From the human T2T-CHM13v2.0 reference genome, Homo sapiens, in assembly GCF_009914755.1 (NCBI RefSeq), contig NC_060937.1: 64,000 bases of DNA. One strand, given 5' to 3'. Each line of letters opens with the position of its first letter. The first letter of the stretch is position 1. Made by a program: the position numbers and the translations under genes. This document shows, piece after piece, positions 1-10,400 of the stretch. The notes beneath the pieces were generated by a model. It searched no databases, was not told the DNA's origin, and worked only from the letters and a program-made list of their open reading frames with translations.

Positions 1-285
1 ACAAAAAGAGTGTTTCCAAACTGCTGCATCAAAAGAGAGGTTCCACTCTGTTAGCTGAGTACACACATCACAAACTTGTTTCTCAGAATCCTTCTGTCTC
101 GTTTTTCTGGGAAGATATTTACTTTTTCACCGTAGGCATCAAAGCGCTCCAAATGTCCACATCCAGATACTCCAGAAAGAGTGTTTCAAACCTGCTCTAT
201 GAAAGGGAATCTTCAACTCTATGAGTTGAATGCAGACATCAGAAAGAAATTTCTGAGAATGCTGCTGTCTACCTTTTATTTGAAT

Positions 286-302
286 TCCCGCTTCCAACGA
301 AA
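286..302 (-). promoter_or_regulatory. CENP-B box 1 (repeated in every 7-mer and 4-mer block)
   Basis: + strand tcccgcttccaacgaaa = TTTCGTTGGAAGCGGGA on the - strand; matches YTTCGTTGGAARCGGGA. Confidence 0.95.
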
Positions 303-458
303 TCCTCCAAGCTATCCAAATATCCACTTGCAGATTCCACAAAAAGAGTGTTTCAAAACTGCTCTCTATCAATGGCAAAGTTCAACTCTGTTAGTTGAGG
401 ACACATATCACCAACAAGTTTCTGAGAATGCTTCTGTCTATTTTTTATGGGAAGATAT

Positions 459-475
459 TTCCTTTTTCACCGTAG
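459..475 (-). promoter_or_regulatory. pJalpha (A-type monomer) box
   Basis: ttcctttttcaccgtag matches the recalled pJalpha motif TTCCTTTTYCACCRTAG, at the position equivalent to the CENP-B box in the alternating monomer. Confidence 0.75.
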
Positions 476-625
476 GCGTCAAGGCGATCGAAATGTCCAC
501 TTCCACAAACTACAAAAAGAGTGTTTCAAACCTGCTCTATGAAAGGCCATGTTCATCTCTATGAGTCGAATGGAAATATCCGAAAGAAATTTCTGGGAAT
601 GCTGCTGTCTAGTTTTTATACGAAT

Positions 626-642
626 TCCCGCTTCCAACGAAA
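626..642 (-). promoter_or_regulatory. CENP-B box 2 (every 7-mer block)
   Basis: tcccgcttccaacgaaa, 340 bp after box 1. Confidence 0.95.
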
Positions 643-966
643 TCCTCAAAGCAATCCAAATATCCACTTGCAGAATCCACAAAAAGAGTGTTTCAAAACT
701 GCTCTATCAATAGAAAGGTTCAACTCTTTTAGTTGAGTACACACATCACAAACAAGTTTCTGAGAATGCTTCTGTCTGGCTTTTATTGGAAGACGTTTCC
801 TTTTCACCAAAGGCATCAAAGCGCTCCAAATGTCCACTTCCAGATTCTTCCAAAAGAGTGTTTGAAACGTGCTCAAAGTAAGGGAATGTTCAACTCTGTG
901 ACTTGAATGCAGATATCACCAAGTAGTTTCTAATAGTGCTTCTGTCTAGATTTTAGATGATGATAT

Positions 967-983
967 TCCCGTTTCCAACGAAA
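967..983 (-). promoter_or_regulatory. CENP-B box 3 (every 7-mer block)
   Basis: tcccgtttccaacgaaa = TTTCGTTGGAAACGGGA, 341 bp after box 2. Confidence 0.95.
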
Positions 984-1137
984 TCGTTAGAGCTATCCAA
1001 ATATCCACTTACAGTTGCTACAAAAACAGTGTTTCCAAACTGCTGCATCAAAAGAAAGGTTCAACTCTGTTAGTTGAGGACACACGTCACAAAGAAGTTT
1101 GTGAGAATGCTTCTGTCTAGATTTTGTATGACGATAT

Positions 1138-1154
1138 TCCCTTTTCCAACGATA
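1138..1154 (-). promoter_or_regulatory. Degenerate, probably non-binding CENP-B box (7th monomer)
   Basis: tcccttttccaacgata = TATCGTTGGAAAAGGGA; both core elements altered (TTCG>ATCG, CGGG>AGGG); 171 bp after box 3. Confidence 0.85.
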
Positions 1155-3708
1155 TCGTTAAAGCAATCTAAATATCCATTTGCAGAATCCACAAAAATAG
1201 AGTTTCAAAGCTGCTCTGTAAAAAGAAAGGTTCCACTCTGTTAGCTGAGTACACACATCACAAACTTGTTTCTCAGAATCCTTCTGTCTCGTTTTTCTGG
1301 GAAGATATTTACTTTTTCACCGTAGGCATCAAAGCGCTCCAAATGTCCACATCCAGATACTCCAGAAAGAGTGTTTCAAACCTGCTCTATGAAAGGGAAT
1401 CTTCAACTCTATGAGTTGAATGCAGACATCAGAAAGAAATTTCTGAGAATGCTGCTGTCTACCTTTTATTTGAATTCCCGCTTCCAACGAAATCCTCCAA
1501 GCTATCCAAATATCCACTTGCAGATTCCACAAAAAGAGTGTTTCAAAACTGCTCTCTATCAATGGCAAAGTTCAACTCTGTTAGTTGAGGACACATATCA
1601 CCAACAAGTTTCTGAGAATGCTTCTGTCTATTTTTTATGGGAAGATATTTCCTTTTTCACCGTAGGCGTCAAGGCGATCGAAATGTCCACTTCCACAAAC
1701 TACAAAAAGAGTGTTTCAAACCTGCTCTATGAAAGGCCATGTTCATCTCTATGAGTCGAATGGAAATATCCGAAAGAAATTTCTGGGAATGCTGCTGTCT
1801 AGTTTTTATACGAATTCCCGCTTCCAACGAAATCCTCAAAGCAATCCAAATATCCACTTGCAGAATCCACAAAAAGAGTGTTTCAAAACTGCTCTATCAA
1901 TAGAAAGGTTCAACTCTTTTAGTTGAGTACACACATCACAAACAAGTTTCTGAGAATGCTTCTGTCTGGCTTTTATTGGAAGACGTTTCCTTTTCACCAA
2001 AGGCATCAAAGCGCTCCAAATGTCCACTTCCAGATTCTTCCAAAAGAGTGTTTGAAACGTGCTCAAAGTAAGGGAATGTTCAACTCTGTGACTTGAATGC
2101 AGATATCACCAAGTAGTTTCTAATAGTGCTTCTGTCTAGATTTTAGATGATGATATTCCCGTTTCCAACGAAATCGTTAGAGCTATCCAAATATCCACTT
2201 ACAGTTGCTACAAAAACAGTGTTTCCAAACTGCTGCATCAAAAGAAAGGTTCAACTCTGTTAGTTGAGGACACACGTCACAAAGAAGTTTGTGAGAATGC
2301 TTCTGTCTAGATTTTGTATGACGATATTCCCTTTTCCAACGATATCGTTAAAGCAATCTAAATATCCATTTGCAGAATCCACAAAAATAGAGTTTCAAAG
2401 CTGCTCTGTAAAAAGAAAGGTTCCACTCTGTTAGCTGAGTACACACATCACAAACTTGTTTCTCAGAATCCTTCTGTCTCGTTTTTCTGGGAAGATATTT
2501 ACTTTTTCACCGTAGGCATCAAAGCGCTCCAAATGTCCACATCCAGATACTCCAGAAAGAGTGTTTCAAACCTGCTCTATGAAAGGGAATCTTCAACTCT
2601 ATGAGTTGAATGCAGACATCAGAAAGAAATTTCTGAGAATGCTGCTGTCTACCTTTTATTTGAATTCCCGCTTCCAACGAAATCCTCCAAGCTATCCAAA
2701 TATCCACTTGCAGATTCCACAAAAAGAGTGTTTCAAAACTGCTCTCTATCAATGGCAAAGTTCAACTCTGTTAGTTGAGGACACATATCACCAACAAGTT
2801 TCTGAGAATGCTTCTGTCTATTTTTTATGGGAAGATATTTCCTTTTTCACCGTAGGCGTCAAGGCGATCGAAATGTCCACTTCCACAAACTACAAAAAGA
2901 GTGTTTCAAACCTGCTCTATGAAAGGCCATGTTCATCTCTATGAGTCGAATGGAAATATCCGAAAGAAATTTCTGGGAATGCTGCTGTCTAGTTTTTATA
3001 CGAATTCCCGCTTCCAACGAAATCCTCAAAGCAATCCAAATATCCACTTGCAGAATCCACAAAAAGAGTGTTTCAAAACTGCTCTATCAATAGAAAGGTT
3101 CAACTCTTTTAGTTGAGTACACACATCACAAACAAGTTTCTGAGAATGCTTCTGTCTGGCTTTTATTGGAAGACGTTTCCTTTTCACCAAAGGCATCAAA
3201 GCGCTCCAAATGTCCACTTCCAGATTCTTCCAAAAGAGTGTTTGAAACGTGCTCAAAGTAAGGGAATGTTCAACTCTGTGACTTGAATGCAGATATCACC
3301 AAGTAGTTTCTAATAGTGCTTCTGTCTAGATTTTAGATGATGATATTCCCGTTTCCAACGAAATCGTTAGAGCTATCCAAATATCCACTTACAGTTTCTA
3401 CAAAAACAGTGTTTCCAAACTGCTGCATCAAAAGAAAGGTTCAACTCTGTTAGTTGAGGACACACATCACAAAGAAGTTTGTGAGAATGCTTCTGTCTAG
3501 ATTTTGTATGACCATATTCCCTTTTCCAGCGATATCATTAAAGCAATCTAAATATCCATTTGCAGAATCCACAAAAATAGAGTTTCAAAGCTGCTCTGTA
3601 AAAAGAAAGGTTCCACTCTGTTAGCTGAGTACACACATCACAAACTTGTTTCTCAGAATCCTTCTGTCTCGTTTTTATGGGAAGATATTTACTTTTTCAC
3701 CGTAGGCA

Positions 3709-4388
3709 TCAAAGCGCTCCAAATGTCCACATCCAGATACTCCAGAAAGAGTGTTTCAAACCTGCTCTATGAAAGGGAATCTTCAACTCTATGAGTTGAA
3801 TGCAGACATCAGAAAGAAATTTCTGAGAATGCTGCTGTCTACCTTTTATTTGAATTCCCGCTTCCAACGAAATCCTCCAAGCTATCCAAATATCCACCTG
3901 CATTTTCCACAAAAAGAGCGTTTCAAAACTGCTCTATCAATAGAAATGTTCAACTCCTTTGGCTGGGTACACACATCACAAACAAGTTTCTGAGAATGCT
4001 TCTGTCTAGTTTTTATGGGAAGACATTCCCTTTTTCACCAAAGGCATCAAAGCGCTCCAAATGTCCACTTCCAGACACTACAAAAAGAGTGTTTCCAACG
4101 TGCTCTAAGAAAGCGAATGTTCAACTCTGTGACTTGAATGCAGATATCACAAAGTAGTTTCTGAGAGGGCTTCTGTGTAGATTTTAGATGATGATATTCC
4201 CGTTTCCAACGAAATCATTAGAGCTATCCAAATATCCACTTACAGTTTCTACAAAAAGAGTGTTTCCAAACTGCTGCATCAAAAGAGAGGTTCCACTCTG
4301 TTAGCTGAGTACACACATCACAAACTTGTTTCTCAGAATCCTTCTGTCTCGTTTTTCTGGGAAGATATTTACTTTTTCACCGTAGGCA
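3709..4388 (-). repeat. 4-mer block, haplotype A (680 bp)
   Basis: ccacctgcatttt, gagcgtttc, tttggctgggtac markers; tgtgtag variant at 4177. Confidence 0.9.
4198..4214 (-). promoter_or_regulatory. Second CENP-B box of the 4-mer block
   Basis: tcccgtttccaacgaaa, 342 bp after the 4-mer's first box at 3856-3872. Confidence 0.93.
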
Positions 4389-6768
4389 TCAAAGCGCTCC
4401 AAATGTCCACATCCAGATACTCCAGAAAGAGTGTTTCAAACCTGCTCTATGAAAGGGAATCTTCAACTCTATGAGTTGAATGCAGACATCAGAAAGAAAT
4501 TTCTGAGAATGCTGCTGTCTACCTTTTATTTGAATTCCCGCTTCCAACGAAATCCTCCAAGCTATCCAAATATCCACTTGCAGATTCCACAAAAAGAGTG
4601 TTTCAAAACTGCTCTCTATCAATGGCAAAGTTCAACTCTGTTAGTTGAGGACACATATCACCAACAAGTTTCTGAGAATGCTTCTGTCTATTTTTTATGG
4701 GAAGATATTTCCTTTTTCACCGTAGGCGTCAAGGCGATCGAAATGTCCACTTCCACAAACTACAAAAAGAGTGTTTCAAACCTGCTCTATGAAAGGCCAT
4801 GTTCATCTCTATGAGTCGAATGGAAATATCCGAAAGAAATTTCTGGGAATGCTGCTGTCTAGTTTTTATACGAATTCCCGCTTCCAACGAAATCCTCAAA
4901 GCAATCCAAATATCCACTTGCAGAATCCACAAAAAGAGTGTTTCAAAACTGCTCTATCAATAGAAAGGTTCAACTCTTTTAGTTGAGTACACACATCACA
5001 AACAAGTTTCTGAGAATGCTTCTGTCTGGCTTTTATTGGAAGACGTTTCCTTTTCACCAAAGGCATCAAAGCGCTCCAAATGTCCACTTCCAGATTCTTC
5101 CAAAAGAGTGTTTGAAACGTGCTCAAAGTAAGGGAATGTTCAACTCTGTGACTTGAATGCAGATATCACCAAGTAGTTTCTAATAGTGCTTCTGTCTAGA
5201 TTTTAGATGATGATATTCCCGTTTCCAACGAAATCGTTAGAGCTATCCAAATATCCACTTACAGTTGCTACAAAAACAGTGTTTCCAAACTGCTGCATCA
5301 AAAGAAAGGTTCAACTCTGTTAGTTGAGGACACACGTCACAAAGAAGTTTGTGAGAATGCTTCTGTCTAGATTTTGTATGACGATATTCCCTTTTCCAAC
5401 GATATCGTTAAAGCAATCTAAATATCCATTTGCAGAATCCACAAAAATAGAGTTTCAAAGCTGCTCTGTAAAAAGAAAGGTTCCACTCTGTTAGCTGAGT
5501 ACACACATCACAAACTTGTTTCTCAGAATCCTTCTGTCTCGTTTTTCTGGGAAGATATTTACTTTTTCACCGTAGGCATCAAAGCGCTCCAAATGTCCAC
5601 ATCCAGATACTCCAGAAAGAGTGTTTCAAACCTGCTCTATGAAAGGGAATCTTCAACTCTATGAGTTGAATGCAGACATCAGAAAGAAATTTCTGAGAAT
5701 GCTGCTGTCTACCTTTTATTTGAATTCCCGCTTCCAACGAAATCCTCCAAGCTATCCAAATATCCACTTGCAGATTCCACAAAAAGAGTGTTTCAAAACT
5801 GCTCTCTATCAATGGCAAAGTTCAACTCTGTTAGTTGAGGACACATATCACCAACAAGTTTCTGAGAATGCTTCTGTCTATTTTTTATGGGAAGATATTT
5901 CCTTTTTCACCGTAGGCGTCAAGGCGATCGAAATGTCCACTTCCACAAACTACAAAAAGAGTGTTTCAAACCTGCTCTATGAAAGGCCATGTTCATCTCT
6001 ATGAGTCGAATGGAAATATCCGAAAGAAATTTCTGGGAATGCTGCTGTCTAGTTTTTATACGAATTCCCGCTTCCAACGAAATCCTCAAAGCAATCCAAA
6101 TATCCACTTGCAGAATCCACAAAAAGAGTGTTTCAAAACTGCTCTATCAATAGAAAGGTTCAACTCTTTTAGTTGAGTACACACATCACAAACAAGTTTC
6201 TGAGAATGCTTCTGTCTGGCTTTTATTGGAAGACGTTTCCTTTTCACCAAAGGCATCAAAGCGCTCCAAATGTCCACTTCCAGATTCTTCCAAAAGAGTG
6301 TTTGAAACGTGCTCAAAGTAAGGGAATGTTCAACTCTGTGACTTGAATGCAGATATCACCAAGTAGTTTCTAATAGTGCTTCTGTCTAGATTTTAGATGA
6401 TGATATTCCCGTTTCCAACGAAATCGTTAGAGCTATCCAAATATCCACTTACAGTTTCTACAAAAACAGTGTTTCCAAACTGCTGCATCAAAAGAAAGGT
6501 TCAACTCTGTTAGTTGAGGACACACATCACAAAGAAGTTTGTGAGAATGCTTCTGTCTAGATTTTGTATGACCATATTCCCTTTTCCAGCGATATCATTA
6601 AAGCAATCTAAATATCCATTTGCAGAATCCACAAAAATAGAGTTTCAAAGCTGCTCTGTAAAAAGAAAGGTTCCACTCTGTTAGCTGAGTACACACATCA
6701 CAAACTTGTTTCTCAGAATCCTTCTGTCTCGTTTTTATGGGAAGATATTTACTTTTTCACCGTAGGCA

Positions 6769-7448
6769 TCAAAGCGCTCCAAATGTCCACATCCAGATAC
6801 TCCAGAAAGAGTGTTTCAAACCTGCTCTATGAAAGGGAATCTTCAACTCTATGAGTTGAATGCAGACATCAGAAAGAAATTTCTGAGAATGCTGCTGTCT
6901 ACCTTTTATTTGAATTCCCGCTTCCAACGAAATCCTCCAAGCTATCCAAATATCCACCTGCATTTTCCACAAAAAGAGCGTTTCAAAACTGCTCTATCAA
7001 TAGAAATGTTCAACTCCTTTGGCTGGGTACACACATCACAAACAAGTTTCTGAGAATGCTTCTGTCTAGTTTTTATGGGAAGACATTCCCTTTTTCACCA
7101 AAGGCATCAAAGCGCTCCAAATGTCCACTTCCAGACACTACAAAAAGAGTGTTTCCAACGTGCTCTAAGAAAGCGAATGTTCAACTCTGTGACTTGAATG
7201 CAGATATCACAAAGTAGTTTCTGAGAGGGCTTCTGTGTAGATTTTAGATGATGATATTCCCGTTTCCAACGAAATCATTAGAGCTATCCAAATATCCACT
7301 TACAGTTTCTACAAAAAGAGTGTTTCCAAACTGCTGCATCAAAAGAGAGGTTCCACTCTGTTAGCTGAGTACACACATCACAAACTTGTTTCTCAGAATC
7401 CTTCTGTCTCGTTTTTCTGGGAAGATATTTACTTTTTCACCGTAGGCA
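6769..7448 (-). repeat. 4-mer block, haplotype A (680 bp)
   Basis: Same markers as 3709; tgtgtag variant at 7237. Confidence 0.9.
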
Positions 7449-10400
7449 TCAAAGCGCTCCAAATGTCCACATCCAGATACTCCAGAAAGAGTGTTTCAAA
7501 CCTGCTCTATGAAAGGGAATCTTCAACTCTATGAGTTGAATGCAGACATCAGAAAGAAATTTCTGAGAATGCTGCTGTCTACCTTTTATTTGAATTCCCG
7601 CTTCCAACGAAATCCTCCAAGCTATCCAAATATCCACTTGCAGATTCCACAAAAAGAGTGTTTCAAAACTGCTCTCTATCAATGGCAAAGTTCAACTCTG
7701 TTAGTTGAGGACACATATCACCAACAAGTTTCTGAGAATGCTTCTGTCTATTTTTTATGGGAAGATATTTCCTTTTTCACCGTAGGCGTCAAGGCGATCG
7801 AAATGTCCACTTCCACAAACTACAAAAAGAGTGTTTCAAACCTGCTCTATGAAAGGCCATGTTCATCTCTATGAGTCGAATGGAAATATCCGAAAGAAAT
7901 TTCTGGGAATGCTGCTGTCTAGTTTTTATACGAATTCCCGCTTCCAACGAAATCCTCAAAGCAATCCAAATATCCACTTGCAGAATCCACAAAAAGAGTG
8001 TTTCAAAACTGCTCTATCAATAGAAAGGTTCAACTCTTTTAGTTGAGTGCACACATCACAAACAAGTTTCTGAGAATGCTTCTGTCTGGCTTTTATTGGA
8101 AGACGTTTCCTTTTCACCAAAGGCATCAAAGCGCTCCAAATGTCCACTTCCAGATTCTTCCAAAAGAGTGTTTGAAACGTGCTCAAAGTAAGGGAATGTT
8201 CAACTCTGTGACTTGAATGCAGATATCACCAAGTAGTTTCTAATAGTGCTTCTGTCTAGATTTTAGATGATGATATTCCCGTTTCCAACGAAATCGTTAG
8301 AGCTATCCAAATATCCACTTACAGTTGCTACAAAAACAGTGTTTCCAAACTGCTGCATCAAAAGAAAGGTTCAACTCTGTTAGTTGAGGTCACACGTCAC
8401 AAAGAAGTTTGTGAGAATGCTTCTGTCTAGATTTTGTATGACGATATTCCCTTTTCCAACGATATCGTTAAAGCAATCTAAATATCCATTTGCAGAATCC
8501 ACAAAAATAGAGTTTCAAAGCTGCTCTGTAAAAAGAAAGGTTCCACTCTGTTAGCTGAGTACACACATCACAAACTTGTTTCTCAGAATCCTTCTGTCTC
8601 GTTTTTATGGGAAGATATTTACTTTTTCACCGTAGGCATCAAAGCGCTCCAAATGTCCACATCCAGATACTCCAGAAAGAGTGTTTCAAACCTGCTCTAT
8701 GAAAGGGAATCTTCAACTCTATGAGTTGAATGCAGACATCAGAAAGAAATTTCTGAGAATGCTGCTGTCTACCTTTTATTTGAATTCCCGCTTCCAACGA
8801 AATCCTCCAAGCTATCCAAATATCCACTTGCAGATTCCACAAAAAGAGTGTTTCAAAACTGCTCTCTATCAATGGCAAAGTTCAACTCTGTTAGTTGAGG
8901 ACACATATCACCAACAAGTTTCTGAGAATGCTTCTGTCTATTTTTTATGGGAAGATATTTCCTTTTTCACCGTAGGCGTCAAGGCGATCGAAATGTCCAC
9001 TTCCACAAACTACAAAAAGAGTGTTTCAAACCTGCTCTATGAAAGGCCATGTTCATCTCTATGAGTCGAATGGAAATATCCGAAAGAAATTTCTGGGAAT
9101 GCTGCTGTCTAGTTTTTATACGAATTCCCGCTTCCAACGAAATCCTCAAAGCAATCCAAATATCCACTTGCAGAATCCACAAAAAGAGTGTTTCAAAACT
9201 GCTCTATCAATAGAAAGGTTCAACTCTTTTAGTTGAGTACACACATCACAAACAAGTTTCTGAGAATGCTTCTGTCTGGCTTTTATTGGAAGACGTTTCC
9301 TTTTCACCAAAGGCATCAAAGCGCTCCAAATGTCCACTTCCAGATTCTTCCAAAAGAGTGTTTGAAACGTGCTCAAAGTAAGGGAATGTTCAACTCTGTG
9401 ACTTGAATGCAGATATCACCAAGTAGTTTCTAATAGTGCTTCTGTCTAGATTTTAGATGATGATATTCCCGTTTCCAACGAAATCGTTAGAGCTATCCAA
9501 ATATCCACTTACAGTTGCTACAAAAACAGTGTTTCCAAACTGCTGCATCAAAAGAAAGGTTCAACTCTGTTAGTTGAGGTCACACGTCACAAAGAAGTTT
9601 GTGAGAATGCTTCTGTCTAGATTTTGTATGACGATATTCCCTTTTCCAACGATATCGTTAAAGCAATCTAAATATCCATTTGCAGAATCCACAAAAATAG
9701 AGTTTCAAAGCTGCTCTGTAAAAAGAAAGGTTCCACTCTGTTAGCTGAGTACACACATCACAAACTTGTTTCTCAGAATCCTTCTGTCTCGTTTTTATGG
9801 GAAGATATTTACTTTTTCACCGTAGGCATCAAAGCGCTCCAAATGTCCACATCCAGATACTCCAGAAAGAGTGTTTCAAACCTGCTCTATGAAAGGGAAT
9901 CTTCAACTCTATGAGTTGAATGCAGACATCAGAAAGAAATTTCTGAGAATGCTGCTGTCTACCTTTTATTTGAATTCCCGCTTCCAACGAAATCCTCCAA
10001 GCTATCCAAATATCCACTTGCAGATTCCACAAAAAGAGTGTTTCAAAACTGCTCTCTATCAATGGCAAAGTTCAACTCTGTTAGTTGAGGACACATATCA
10101 CCAACAAGTTTCTGAGAATGCTTCTGTCTATTTTTTATGGGAAGATATTTCCTTTTTCACCGTAGGCGTCAAGGCGATCGAAATGTCCACTTCCACAAAC
10201 TACAAAAAGAGTGTTTCAAACCTGCTCTATGAAAGGCCATGTTCATCTCTATGAGTCGAATGGAAATATCCGAAAGAAATTTCTGGGAATGCTGCTGTCT
10301 AGTTTTTATACGAATTCCCGCTTCCAACGAAATCCTCAAAGCAATCCAAATATCCACTTGCAGAATCCACAAAAAGAGTGTTTCAAAACTGCTCTATCAA

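Larger units (their letters stand above)
139..1328 (-). repeat. Representative stand-alone 7-mer HOR unit (1190 bp); 28 copies in window
   Basis: Sequence recurs at +1190 (139, 1329, 2519...). 1190/7=170 bp. EcoRI sites at 282 and 622 give 340+850 bp spacing. Confidence 0.95.
2519..4388 (-). repeat. Representative 11-mer HOR unit (7+4 monomers, 1870 bp); 16 copies in window
   Basis: 1190-bp block followed by a 680-bp block; EcoRI spacing 340/850/680; five intact CENP-B boxes. Confidence 0.93.

Noticed and set aside
282-1121. Periodic EcoRI/XbaI/EcoRV sites as a functional signal
   Set aside because: These are incidental 6-mers within monomers, useful only as family markers.
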